From assembly GCA_964016885.1 (NCBI GenBank), contig OZ024748.1, positions 20,398,001 to 20,462,000 of the forward strand: a stretch of DNA of 64,000 bases, in the 5' to 3' direction. Positions 12,619 through 25,864 of the stretch are shown here, piece by piece. Below the pieces are notes generated by a model. The model did no database searches, was not told the DNA's origin, and was given only the letters and a program-made list of their open reading frames with translations. The translations under genes were made by a program, and so were the position numbers. Positions within the stretch are counted from its first letter, which is position 1; every line of letters starts with the position of its first letter. The DNA comes from Eledone cirrhosa. Lineage: Eukaryota.

Positions 12619-14034
12619 TTAAATGTCATTACCAGAAGCTACTCTGATTTTTCACGGCCCATTTGGCCTTCTGAATGGCATGCCTAAGTTCAAAATTGCA
12701 CTGAATGTTTTAGTAGTGTGGTCTGCCGTATGATGATTCACATCTTATATGGCCCACTGCTAGAAAACATCTGTCCAGGCCTGAATTAGACCAATAATAG
12801 TATTTGTATGACAGACAGACAGACAGACAGAAGCTTGTACGATTATCATAATATAGATTTTCAAACTTTGCCATAACAAACAAAAAATCTCTTATCAGGG
12901 TTGAACAAATAGATAAACTTAATACTGATAGTTCGTGATGATTTCTCATGGCTGAAGGTGATTAAGTAATGTTAGACCTAAACACAAAGTATTGAGTTAC
13001 TTTTTTGTTACTTACCCAAAATAAATCTCCCATGATATGATCATACATGTTCTTTTTTTAATAGCATATTCTGAAGAGAAAGGGCAACGCCCATGACTTT
13101 CAGTTTTTGTTGTAAAAGAAGAGAGGCATAAAATACATCTCCTGGCTTGTTGTGGTACGTGCGACTCAGTGTTAACTATGAGTAGAAACCTGGTCCTAAT
13201 ATTTGCAAAAGGACAGATTCTACTAAAAGTACCCATGGTCAAGATATGTGTGTGAAAGTCTGCACCTGTTTTAGGGTGGTAAACCTAATCTGTTACCACC
13301 TGATTTAACTCAGTTTCAGACGAGACAGTTTCCCTTACAAGACTTTGGTTGACCTGAGACCATGGTAAAAAATATATGGCTAAAGTGAGGGCATATAAAG
13401 ATGAGGATATCTATCTCCGAAGAAATGTTGGTGAGATGGAGCCAAGAACGGGGTCGATGAATATGTGATTTCCCTTCTTAAAAAAAAAAGAAAAAAATCT
13501 CTCTCAGCCCTCTCAAATATCTGAAAGCAGTCTTGTTTCACCTTGAAAAATTTGCTCCAAAGGCCTGGCTAAATTGTCATACATGGTTCATCAATATCAT
13601 TTAATGTCTGCCTTCCCTGCTAACAAGAGTACTTAAGCAGAGCCACAGACCTTTTGACCTCTAGAAAGGTCCTAAATTTATTAACCACACAGCCATAACA
13701 AGCTTACACTTGTCTGTCATGAATAATCACTTATTCAACATTAGCATTTCAGCATTTCTAGGTAGTAATTCTGTGTATTTGTAATCAGGGAATGTGACAA
13801 ATATCTCAGAAGAGTTATTGATATGACAATATAATCTATCAGACTACTTTGTTGTTAGAGCTAAAAGACTATTCGATATTTACAATGACATCACAACATT
13901 CCTATTGGTCTAATCTTCTGTTGGTTGAAACATATATATATATATATATATATATATGTTATATTATATATTATGAAATACTGTGTGCTTCTTGCTCATA
14001 ATAATGTCTATAGTTTTCATTTATATATATATAT

Positions 14035-15021
14035 ATAGAAATAGTGGACAGCTTCCGTTACCTGGGCGATAAAATCAGCAGTGGGGGAGGGTGCTCTGAA
14101 AGTACTGTAGCTAGAGTCAGAACTGGTTGGAAAAAGTTCAGAGAGCTTATACCACTATTAGCTGCTAAAGGGTTCTCACTAAAAATGAAAGGCAGGTTGT
14201 ACGATGCCTGCATACGAACAGCAATGCTGCATGGCAGTGAGACCTGGGCATTGTGTGCAGAGGATATACGCAGACTAGAGAGGAACGAAGCTTGCATGCT
14301 CCGCTGGATGTGTAACAGTAATATACGTGAACGGCAAAGCATAAACGAACTAAGGAAAAAATTAGAGATAAGAGGGATCAGATGTTGTTTACTCGAGAGA
14401 AGGCTACGTTGGTATGGACACGTGATGCGCATGAAAGTCGATAGCTGTATAACAAAGTGCAGGGCAATAAAGATAGACGGTAGTCACGGAATAGGCAGAC
14501 CTAGAAAAACCTGGGACGAGCTGATAAACTCCGACATCACACACTTACACCTCTCCAAGACAATGTCACTGGACCGAGACCTTTGGCGGTACTCAGTAAC
14601 AGAGAAGACCCGCCTTACCTAAATATATAGTAAAACCTACTCCAGCCAGTAGGCATCTCTAACAAAATACACCCCGTCCCACCACCACCACCCCCACCCG
14701 ATCCACACCACCCCGTTCTATGTAAAGTTATGTTGGTGCCGCGCCATCGAGGCCGAAACAAATGAGATCGTGTAGGTGTCACGACAAAAAAACACACAGT
14801 CCACGCTGTAATGTGGCCGTGTAGGCAACACGGTAAAAACCTCCCAGACCCACACTGTAAATGTGGTTGGTGTTAGGAAGGGCATCCAACTGTAGAAAAC
14901 CTGCCAGACAGTCCTATGCGAGCAAGACAATCACTCTTGCCTCAAGTGGGACTACCCCCGTCCAAACCCATGCAAGCGTGGAACACGGACGTTAAACGTT
15001 GATGATGATGATGATGATGAT
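14035..15021 (+). mobile_element. 5'-truncated RTE-clade LINE (RT C-terminus plus 3' UTR)
   Basis: ORF 14044-14622 with FRYLG, LHGSETW, RRLRWYGHVMR, GRPRKTW motifs; (GAT)n tail. Confidence 0.92.
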
Positions 15022-15022
15022 A

Positions 15023-15218
15023 TAGGAAAAAGTATGACCACAATGGCAGAGCTCAAGCCGTTTCGACAGCTATTTCTGGAGTCCAGAAATAGCCGTCGAA
15101 ACGGCTTGAGCTCTGCCGTCGGGGGTCATACTTTTTCCTGTTTCCCACTCTACTACCCTAAGTATTGAGTACTCTGGTGCGTTATGGTCCATCTGGTTCC
15201 TTACCACAATTCCTTTGT
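15023..15218 (+). mobile_element. Family B fold-back Penelope-like terminus
   Basis: Inverted arms about 15024-15080 / 15082-15139, then a terminus ending at (TA)n. Confidence 0.65.
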
Positions 15219-15276
15219 TATATATATATATATATAGGCTATATATATATATATACATCTATATATATATATATAT

Positions 15277-15546
15277 GAAACAAATGAGGTCGTGTAGGTG
15301 TCACAACAAAAAAAACACACAGTCCACGCTGTAATGTGGCCGTGTAGGTAACACGGTAAAAACCTCCCAGTTCCACACTGTAAATGTGGTTGGTGTTAGG
15401 AAGGGCATCCAGCCGTAGAAAAACCCGCCAGACAGTCCTATGCGAGCAAGACAACCACTCTTGCCTCAAGTGGGAAAACTCCCGTCCAAACCCATGCAAG
15501 CGTGGAATATGGACGTTAAACGATGATGACGATGATGGTGGTGATG
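15277..15546 (+). mobile_element. RTE 3' UTR-only fragment
   Basis: Near-identical to 14755-15020. Confidence 0.85.
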
Positions 15547-15974
15547 ATATATATTTTATTAAATCTTTCATCTCTGAAGATGAAGTTTATAGTCTAGAAT
15601 ATTTAATCTTATCAAAACACGTATTGCGTACGCAAATTTTTCATATACACATACACCATCACCATTTTTTTATATATGTTAGAGCAACACATCAATGAAT
15701 TTGCAAAAACTATGGGGTATCAAATAAATTGTATCACAGCATTTAGTTATATTTCAACATTCTGGGTTCAAATCCAGTCTGATATCAATTTTGTTTTCAT
15801 CTTTCCAGAGTTAATAAAATAAACTATTACATAAATACTAAGTGGCCTTTCAATTTTCTAAAGAGAATTAAGTTACCAGCTTCTATTCTACTACATAAAT
15901 TCTTCACACAAGTGTATCTTTATTTGATATGTGTATATATGTGTAGACAATATGCCCCCCACACACCCCCACCG

Positions 15975-16243
15975 CAAGGTGGTCGTGGAGGTGCCACGGC
16001 AAAAAAAGCACCCAGCCCACACTGTAAAGTGGTCGTGGAGGTGCCACGACGAAAAAGCACCCAGCACTCACTGTAAATGAGGTTGGTGTTAGGAAGGGCA
16101 TCCAGCTGTAGAAATCAAGCCAAATCAGTTCCTGTATGAGCAAGGCATGGTCAGCCGACCAGACACTGCCCACAACAGGACAACCCGTCTAACCCATGCT
16201 AGCGTGGAAGAACGGACGTAAAACGGTGATGATGATGATGATG
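15975..16243 (+). mobile_element. SINE/RTE-tail fragment
   Basis: Duplicated gtggtcgtggaggtgccacg box, ggttggtgttaggaagggcatccag box and (GAT)n tail. Confidence 0.75.
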
Positions 16244-16488
16244 ATATATATATATATATACACACATACCTCTATGATGATGGCTGCAACTCAATTTCAA
16301 GTAATGACATCGCTTGATACTTAAGCATGAGCATCATGAGGAAGTGGCTTTTTAGTTCTGCTAGGGACTTGCCTGTGGCCAGCAATACCATGCATCGCCA
16401 AAAATGTCACATATTAATCAATGCCTCCACTTGTATACATACATAGATATATACACACACACACATTTATATATATATACATATATAT

Positions 16489-16902
16489 AACCAAAGATTA
16501 GTATCGTTCGTTGATTACTCAACGAATACAGTTTTACAATAGATTAGAAGCACTCAACAGTCTAAGTTTTCCTGGAGTTTTTAATATTATTCAAAATGTT
16601 AACAAATGAAAAATCTTTGCATAATCAAAATATATACTTTATTATATATATTTCAAAGGTACTGTGTTGTTTTTTCAGTACGTCCTCATCAGACAAAATA
16701 TATGATTTGATATATGACATACCGCTACGGTCTTGATTATTCAATTCCAGTATTGGCAGTAGAAGTATGTCATATATCAGATCATATATTTTGTCTGATG
16801 AGGACGTACTGAAAAAACAACGCAGTACCTTTGAAATATATATAATAAAGTATATATTTTGATTATGCAAATATTTTTCATTTGTTAACATTTTGAATAA
16901 TA
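16489..16902. mobile_element. Fold-back Penelope-like terminus with two hammerheads
   Basis: Inverted arms about 16585-16722 / 16765-16902 within TA-rich repeats. Confidence 0.75.
16784..16855 (+). ncRNA. Minimal type I hammerhead ribozyme (mirror copy 16632-16703, minus strand)
   Basis: AUAUAUUUUGU CUGAUGA g gacGUACUG..CAGUAC cuuu GAAAU AUAU AUA AUAAAGUAUAU. Confidence 0.78.
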
Positions 16903-16924
16903 TACATATATATACATATATATA

Positions 16925-17672
16925 TCATCATCATCATCATCGTTTAACGTCCATCTTCCACGCCTGCATGGGTTTGGACGGGAGTTTTCCCACTTGAGGC
17001 AAGATTTGTTGTCCTGCTCGTATAGGACTGTCTGGCGGGTTTTCTATGGCTGGATGCCCTTCCTAATACCAACCATGTTTACAGTGTGGAACTGGTAGGT
17101 TTCGCTTTGTACTTAGGCAAGGCGAGTCTTCTGTATGACTGTGTAGTGCCAAAGATCTCGGTCCAGTGACATTGTCTTGGAGAGGTGTAAGTGTGTGAGG
17201 TCGGAATTTATCAAGTCGTCCCAGGTTTTTCTGGGTCTGCCTACTCCGTGGCTACCGTCTATTTTTATCGCCCTGCACTTTTTTATACAGCTGTCGTCTT
17301 TCATGCGCATCACGTGACCGTACTAACGTAGTCTTCTCTCGAGTAAACAGCATCTGATCCCTCTTATTCCTAATTTCTCCCTTAGTTCGTTTATGCTTTG
17401 CCGTTCGCGTATATTACTATGACACATCCAGCGGAGCATACAAGCTTCGTTCCTCTCCAGTCTGCGTATATCCTCTGCACACAATGCCCAGGTCTCACTG
17501 CCATGTAACATTGCTGTTCGTATGCAGGCATCATACAGCCTGCCTTTCATTTTTAGAGAGAACCCTTTAGCGGCCAATAGTGGTATAAGCTCTCTGAACT
17601 TTTTCCATCCCGTTCTGACTCTAGCTACTGTACTTTCAGAGCACCCTCCCCCACTGCTGATTTTGTCACCCA
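16925..17672 (-). mobile_element. 5'-truncated RTE LINE copy
   Basis: ORFs 17113-17313 and 17323-17679 near-identical to 14044-14622, with a nonsense codon and a 3' UTR deletion. Confidence 0.92.
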
Positions 17673-18194
17673 ATGACAACCTAACCTGTGGCTGTATGTA
17701 ATATATATTATATATATTATATATATATTACATACAGCCACAGTTAGGTTGCCATCATTTGCAATGTTGATCTTGATGTTAATAACGATAAGATGACAAT
17801 GACGATAGTGACATAAAAAAGGGAGGAGGAGGTGAGGGTGAGAGAGATGGTGGGTTGGAGTGCATTGTCATGAACATTTTGTCTCATTCTGTTTCGTTTT
17901 GTTATATTTTTATTTTCTAAATTCCATTTTAAACTGTGCTGTCAACAAAATTCCTTTACTTGCCCTGACCACTATTATTTCTATTGTGTCTCAGTTATAC
18001 TTTCCACGATTAGGTGAAATATGATCTCACCTGTAAACTGATAATTTACCTTCAAAACATTTCAGTCCACCTGGATTGTGGTTAAGGTTGTTCCTTTTCC
18101 TGCTTAAAGCTGTTTCACTTGATAAACCACATTTCCAAATACTAATATGATATTACTTTCAACTTACATACCATCATCATCATCATCATTATCA

Positions 18195-18347
18195 TGCTTT
18201 GCAGCATAGAGTTACGGCCCTTTGCAGTCTGTGTCCAAATCCTGCTGAGGTTAACTTTATTTTATCGATCCTGTAAGGATGAAAGGCAAAGTACCAGTAA
18301 TGCACTGGGATAATTGCTGGCCTTTTGCCAAAAGTAGAAACAATTAT
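18195..18347 (+). mobile_element. SINE family A with inverted core
   Basis: Consensus match; 18254-18292 inverted. Confidence 0.8.
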
Positions 18348-18411
18348 CAGCAGTTTACAGGTTTTGGGGGATTTTTCATGCTAGAATGGTTTGATGGCTC
18401 TGTTGATGATC

Positions 18412-19135
18412 AGAGCATCTTGTCTCACATCTGTTGCTGAGCACAGCATCATGTCCTACCCCCTTGACCCTCATCTGTTGCTAAATAGAATATCTTGTCT
18501 CAGATCTGTTGCTAAATAGAGTATCTTGTCTCACATCTGTTGTTAAATAGAATATCTTGTCTCACACCTGTTGCTAAATAGAGTATCTTGTCTCACATCT
18601 GTTGTTAAATAGAGTATCTTGTCTCACACCTGTTGCTAAATAGAGTATCTTGTCTCACATCTGTTGTTAAATAGAATATCTTGTCTCACATCTGTTGCTA
18701 AATAGAGTATCTTGTCTCACATCTGTTGTTAAATAGAATATCTTGTCTCACATCTGTTGTTAAATAGAATATCTTGTCTCACACCTGTTGCTAAATAGAG
18801 TATCTTGTCTCACATCTGTTGTTAAATAGAATATCTTGTCTCACATCTGTTGTTAAATAGAATATCTTGTCTCACACCTGTTGCTAAATAGAGTATCTTG
18901 TCTCACATCTGTTGTTAAATAGAATATCTTGTCTCACATCTGTTGTTAAATAGAATATCTTGTCTCACACCTGTTGCTAAATAGAGTATCTTGTCTCCCA
19001 TCTGTTGCTAAATAGAGTACCTTGTTGCATCTGTTGTTAAGCAGAGTATCTTGTCTTACCGCATCTGTTGTTAAGCAGAGTATCTTGTCTTACCACATCT
19101 GTTGCTAAGTAGAGCATCTTGTCTCACATCTGTTG
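18412..19135. repeat. 31-bp minisatellite
   Basis: Unit atctgttgttaaatagaatatcttgtctcac. Confidence 0.95.
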
Positions 19136-19162
19136 ATGTTGCCCTTCTGTCATCTGATGCAT

Positions 19163-19193
<31 letters not shown>

Positions 19194-19417
19194 ACAGAGA
19201 AAACAGGCTGACTTTGTCGTTTTCTATGTCACCCCCTCCCCTCACCCACATACTTTTAAAAGCCAGAAGTCCTTTCTACACCATAGACAGGGTGTCTTTC
19301 ATCATGACACCACCGCTGGAGAGGTGGGGGTTGTTTGTATCACCACTGGAGAGGTGGGAGATTCAGCATGACACAACGTGACAAGGCTGGCCCACTGAAT
19401 TACAGGTACAGTCCATA

Positions 19418-19828
19418 GGTGGATTGGCAGTATCGGTAGAGGGTCGGACGCCATGCTTTCCAGCATAGTTACGTCCCTTTACGATCTGAGTTCAAATCCC
19501 GCCGAGGTTGACTTTGCCTTTCATCCTTACGGGGTTGATAAAATAAAGTACCAGTAATGCACTGGGTAATTGCTGGCCTTGTGCCTAAAGTAGAAACAAT
19601 TATTGTGCAAGTGGCTGAGTATTCCACAGACACGTGTACTCTAATATAGTTCTCAGCGTGATTCAACATAACAGTGTGTGACAAACTTGGCCCTTTGAAT
19701 AACATTACAACACAGTTTTACCAGCTGAGTGGACTGGAGCAACAGGAAATAAAGTGTCTTGCTTAAAGATGCCAAGAATCAAACTCACAACCTTACATTC
19801 ATGAGCCAAACACCCTAATCACTGAGCC
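19418..19828. mobile_element. SINE family A (19418-19603, plus) abutting an older CORE-type SINE (19607-19828, minus)
   Basis: Consensus match; reverse CORE-like ctgagtggactggagcaac..aaagtgtcttgct. Confidence 0.75.
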
Positions 19829-20327
19829 CTTGAAATCATGTGTGTGTAAATTACACAAAATAAAATACCTTATTATTAATACATTAGCTATCACGATATA
19901 ACCATATAAATATAACTAACAACAGCTGTCACTTGCAAGCTAATATGACTTGGTGGTATGTACAATGCTTTTGTTCAGGGTTTTAGGTGCCTATTTAATC
20001 ACAAGCAGACATTGACATTCTCCAGGCCCTCTCTCCTTTGATCCAAGGAAACATCCAGGATCTGGCAGCTGGAAAGATGGAAGTCTGTACCAAGCACTAG
20101 AGTGATATTTTCTTTGTTGGTCTTAAAAATGTGAAAGATAAAGTGGACCTTAGTGGGATTTGAACTCAGAACACAGAGACCCAGAACAAATATTCCACAC
20201 TGAAATGACTGCCACATTCAGTACCTTCTATCACAGTAATATACTATGTAACTTAACAGAATAATAGTTTACTACTTGTAGTTTTATTTTTAAAAACACA
20301 CACACATAAATATATATATATATATTT

Positions 20328-20720
20328 ATACGATATTAAACAAATGGAAACTATATTTATAAAACCATATTTATTTCATTATATATATTTCTGGGATATC
20401 ATATTAAAAATATGGTATGCCTTCCTCAGACAAAATACAATATATAAGCCGTTTTATAAATAAATTTGACATACCTTAAAATAATGCAACTTCCATTTAA
20501 AAAGAAAACGGCTTATATATTGTATTTTGTCTGAGGAAGGCATACCATATTTTTAATATGATATCCCAGAAATATATATAATGAAATAAATATGGTTTTA
20601 TAAATATAGTTTCCATTTGTTTAATATCGTAAACCTACTCCAAAATCTGTTGAGTGCTTTTATATCAGTTATAAAATATTTACTCGTTGTAACCCAACAA
20701 TTTTAAATAAAACTTTTGCA
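20328..20720 (+). mobile_element. Fold-back Penelope-like terminus with two hammerheads
   Basis: Inverted arms about 20330-20456 / 20506-20632, then terminus ...aaacttttgca(TA)n. Confidence 0.75.
20523..20588 (+). ncRNA. Minimal type I hammerhead ribozyme (mirror copy 20372-20437, minus strand)
   Basis: UAUUUUGU CUGAGGA [imperfect stem II] GAAAU AUAU AUA AUGAAAUA. Confidence 0.65.
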
Positions 20721-21179
20721 TATATATATTTATATATATATAAACATTTTTGTCTCTCTGTCTGGCTGTCTTTTCCTTATGCATTTCCAAACTGCTTGAC
20801 CAAATCAAATCAAATTTTACAAGTTAATAGTATTAGACCCCAGGTGCAACAACATATAATTTTTATTTTCATTTGGATTAAAACAATATAACACTATCTC
20901 CTATAGACTACTATAAACTATAATTAAACGGATATTTTATAACACGACGATGACGACATCACATTTTTTATGTGTCTGTGAGTGTGTGTGTGTATGTGTG
21001 TGCGTTTGATACATACATTACGCCTTAGTAAGTTACATACACACACATCTTCACGTAAATACTTAATCAGATACACAGAGAATTAAACATATGATTCAGA
21101 CGCTGGCTTGCACACACGCACACGCACACACACACATTTATATACAATTATCTATATATATATCTACATATAGTATAAA

Positions 21180-21570
21180 AGATTTGAATTTCCAACATCC
21201 TTTTGAGAAACGTGGACCCACTACTTCTATGCAATGGCACACACCATACAGTCAGGAGAATGGGGAACCATCTCCTAGAGGTCACTATTCTTGGAAGCAA
21301 TCATCAAGGAGAAAATGCGTTTATTCCCAAGATTCCTCTTATCCCTTCCTCTACCGAACTGCCATTCAAATTCTCAAGACTTCAGTTTCCTGTTAGAGTC
21401 AGTTCTGCTATGACCGTACATAAAGCTCAGGCTCAGAGTTTCAAAGTTGTAGAATTGAACACAAGAGAATAGTTTTTTTACCCATGGATAGTTATGTAGG
21501 TTGTTCATGAGTGGGAACACCTAGAAATCTTCATATACTATGCACGAAATGAAGAATCTGGTGTATCTGG
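21180..21570 (+). pseudogene. Helitron Rep/Hel (Pif1-like helicase) C-terminal relic
   Basis: LCNGT...FIPKIPLIP..LPFKFSRLQFPVRV..AMTVHKAQAQS matches Pif1/Helitron helicase motifs; stops follow. Confidence 0.85.
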
Positions 21571-21740
21571 AAGATTTTTTTTTACTTTTTATTTTTTTGT
21601 AACACACACACACACACACACACACACCGTCTCACCTCATACTGTAAACCAGACAAACATCAATACAGCCATTTTCTCTTCTACCTGTCTTCTCTTATCA
21701 TCTATTTACTTCAGCAAAGCTGGGTACATCAGCTTGTGTA

Positions 21741-21797
<57 letters not shown>

Positions 21798-22146
21798 TAT
21801 ATATACAAATAGTGAAAACAATCAAATTAAACAAAAAACGGTTAATTCATATTAAAACTCATTATTTTATGATCGTTTCTTTGCTTCACGACATCTACAT
21901 ACGGATTACATTGAGTTCTTCATACAGCTTAGACCCTACCATTAATTGGTGAATTTATCTGTGTGTATATATATATATATATATATATCAACCAAGGTAT
22001 ACACATGCACACACAATTGTAATAAATCCCACATACATACATAAAAGCATATATACACACATATACACACAACAACAGACATACATAAGGACACTGCAAT
22101 AGACAAAGACATATTTATACACTGTACCATTCACACAGCAAGACAC

Positions 22147-22886
22147 ACTCTCTCTCCCCCCTTACTTCAGTGGTCAGTGGTACACAATCTCTCTCTCCCT
22201 CTCTCTCTCCTTACTTCAGTGGTCAGTGGTACACAATCTCTCTCTCTCTCTCTCTCCCTCCTTACTTCAGTGGTCAGTGGTACACAATCTCTCTCTCCCT
22301 CTCTCTCTCTCCTTACTTCAGTGGTCAGTGGTACACAATCTCTCTCTCTCCCTCCTTACTTCAGTGGTCAGTGGTACACAATCTCTCTCTCTCTCCCTCC
22401 TTACTTCAGTGGTCAGTGGTACACAATCTCTCTCTCTCTCTCTCTCCCTCCTTACTTCAGTGGTCAGTGGTACACAATCTCCCTCTCTCTCTCTCCTTAC
22501 TTCAGTGGTCAGTGGTACACAATCTCTCTCTCTCTCCCTCTCTCTCCTTACTGCAGTGGTCAGTGGTACACAATCTCTCTCTCTCTCTCTCCTTACTGCA
22601 GTGGTCAGTGGTACACAATCTCTCTCTCTCTCCCTCCTTACTTCAGTGGTCAGTGGTACACAATCTCTCTCTCTCTCCTTACTTCAGTGGTCAGTGGTAC
22701 ACAATCTCCCTCTCTCTCTCTCCTTACTTCAGTGGTCAGTGGTACACAATCTCTCTCTCTCTCTCTCTCTCTCCTTACTTCAGTGGTCAGTGGTACACAA
22801 TCTCTCTCTCTCTCTCTCCTTACTGCAGTGGTCAGTGGTACACAATCTCTCTCTCTCTCCCTCCTTACTTCAGTGGTCAGTGGTAC

Positions 22887-22930
<44 letters not shown>

Positions 22931-23190
22931 CTTACTTCAGTGGTCAGTGGTACACAATCTCTCTCTCTCTCTCTCCCTCCTTACTTCAGTGGTCAGTGGT
23001 ACACAATCTCTCTCTCTCTCTTTCTCTCCTTACTTCAGTGGTCAGTGGTACACAATCTCTCTCTCTCTCTCTCTTTCTCCCCTTACTTCAGTGGTCAGTG
23101 GTACACAATCTCTCTCTCTCTCCTTACTTCAGTGGTCAGTGGTACACAATCTCTCTCTCTCTCTCTCCTTACTTCAGTGGTCAGTGGTAC

Positions 23191-23222
<32 letters not shown>

Positions 23223-23790
23223 CTTACTTCAGTGGTCAGTGGTACACAATCTCTCTCTCTCTCTCTCTCTCTCCTTACTTCAGTGGTCAGTGGTACACAA
23301 TCACTCTCTCTCTCTCTCCCTCCTTACTTCAGTGGTCAGTGGTACACAATCTCTCTCTCTCTCTCTCCCTCCTTACTTCAGTGGTCAGTGGTACACAATC
23401 TCTCTCTCTCTCTCCCTCTCTCTCCCTCCTTACTTCAGTGGTCAGTGGTACACAATCTCTCTCTCTCTCTCTCTCTCCCTCCTTACTTCAGTGGTCAGTG
23501 GTACACAATCTCTCTCTCTCTCTCTCTCCCTCCTTACTTCAGTGGTCAGTGGTACACAATTTCTCTCTCTCTCTCCTTACTTCAGTGGTCAGTGGTACAC
23601 AATCTCTCTCTCTCTCCCTCCTTACTTCAGTGGTCAGTGGTACACAATCTCTCTCACTCTCTCTCTCTCCTTACTTCAGTGGTCAGTGGTACACAATCTC
23701 TCTCTCTCTCTCTCTCTCCTTACTTCAGTGGTCAGTGGTACACAATCTCTCTCTCTCTCTCTCTCTCCTTACTTCAGTGGTCAGTGGTAC

Positions 23791-23822
<32 letters not shown>

Positions 23823-25092
23823 CTTACTTCAGTGGTCAGTGGTACACAATCTCTCTCTCTCTCTCTCCTTACTTCAGTGGTCAGTGGTACACAATCTCTC
23901 TCTCTCTCTCTCTCCTTACTTCAGTGGTCAGTGGTACACAATCTCTCTCTCTCTCTCTCTCCTTACTTCAGTGGTCAGTGGTACACAATCACTCTCTCTC
24001 TCTCTCTCTCCCTCCTTACTTCAGTGGTCAGTGGTACACAATCTCTCTCTCTCTCTCTCTCCCTCCTTACTTCAGTGGTCAGTGGTACACAATCTCTCTC
24101 TCTCTCTCTCTCTCTCCCTCCTTACTTCAGTGGTCAGTGGTACACAATCTCTCTCTCTCTCTCTCTCCCTCCTTACTTCAGTGGTCAGTGGTACACAATC
24201 TCTCTCTCTCTCTCTCCCTCCTTACTTCAGTGGTCAGTGGTACACAATTTCTCTCTCTCTCTCTCTCCTTACTTCAGTGGTCAGTGGTACATAATCTCTC
24301 TCTCTCTCTCTCCTTACTTCAGTGGTCAGTGGTACACAATCTCTCTCTCTCTCTCTCTCCTTACTTCAGTGGTCAGTGGTACACAATCTCTCTCACTCTC
24401 TCTCTCTCCTTACTTCAGTGGTCAGTGGTACACAATCTCTCTCTCTCTCTCTCTCTCTCCTTACTTCAGTGGTCAGTGGTACACAATCTCTCTCTCTCTC
24501 TCTCTATCTCTATCTCTCTCTCTCTCCTTACTTCAGTGGTCAGTGGTACACAATCTCTCTCTCTCTCTCTCTCTCTCTCCTTACTTCAGTGGTCAGTGGT
24601 ACACAATCTCTCTCTCTCTCTCTCCTTACTTCAGTGGTCAGTGGTACACAATCTCTCTCTCTCTCTCTCTCCTTACTTCAGTGGTCAGTGGTACACAATC
24701 TCTCTCTCTCTCTCTCCTTACTTCAGTGGTCAGTGGTACACAATCTCTCTCTCTCTCTCTCTCTCTCTCCTTACTTCAGTGGTCAGTGGTACACAATCTC
24801 TCTCTCTCTCTCTCTCCTTACTTCAGTGGTCAGTGGTACACAATCTCTCTCTCTCTCTCTCTCCTTACTTCAGTGGTCAGTGGTACACAATCTCTCTCAC
24901 TCTCTCTCTCTCTCTCCTTACTGCAGTGGTCAGTGGTACACAATCTCTCTCTCTCTCTCTCTCTCCTTACTTCAGTGGTCAGTGGTACACAATCTCTCTC
25001 TCTCTCTCTCTCTCCTTACTTCAGTGGTCAGTGGTACACAATCTCTCTCTCTCTCCCTCTCTCTCTCTCCTTACTTCAGTGGTCAGTGGTAC

Positions 25093-25132
<40 letters not shown>

Positions 25133-25204
25133 TACTGCAGTGGTCAGTGGTACACAATCTCTCTCTCTCTCTCTCTCTCTCCTTACTTCAGTGGTCACTG
25201 GTAC

Positions 25205-25256
<52 letters not shown>

Positions 25257-25450
25257 TACTGCAGTGGTCAGTGGTACACAATCTCTCTCTCTCTCTCTCC
25301 TTACTTCAGTGGTCAGTGGTACACAATCTCTCTCTCTCTCCTTACTTCAGTGGTCAGTGGTACACAATCTCTCTCTCTCCCTCTCCTTACTTCAGTGGTC
25401 AGTGGTACACAATCTCTCTCTCTCTCTCTCCCTCCTTACTTCAATGGTCA
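22147..25450. repeat. Compound minisatellite: 29-bp constant core plus variable (CT)n
   Basis: ccttacttcagtggtcagtggtacacaat separated by (CT)n of varying length, about 65-70 units. Confidence 0.97.
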
Positions 25451-25864
25451 GTTATTTTTAAAAGGTAGTTTATCATTTTTTGTTAAATGCGTCACCTACT
25501 ATTGAACATTGTGGACTCATTTAATGAAACACTAGAAAGATAAGGGTTGGGTACCTGTGTGTGTTAGGGGTTGTAAAGTGGTAGTGTGAGTGCAACGATA
25601 AAATGAACCAAACCAACACTGTATAGTGGTAGTGCTGATACCATGATAAAATGATCTTAGTACAAACTATAAATTAGTTGGTGTTTGGAAGGGCATCCAG
25701 CTGTAGAAAGCAAGCCCAAAATGGAAGGTATGAGCTTGGCATGGTCACCTACCTGATCTAGCATCAGAACATGACACAACATTCGTTTTAACACACACGA
25801 GCATAGAAAATAGACATAAAATGATTGGGATAATGAAATAAGTTATATATATATATATATATAT

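Noticed and set aside
13016-13070. Possible 55-nt minus-strand exon (cttcag / gtaagt)
   Set aside because: The only open frame (YAIKKRTCMIISWEIYF) has no recognisable similarity; needs RNA-seq
22147-25505. CRISPR-like array or 1000-aa proteins
   Set aside because: Spacers are only (CT)n, there are no cas genes, the context is eukaryotic, and the ORFs are stop-free repeat translations
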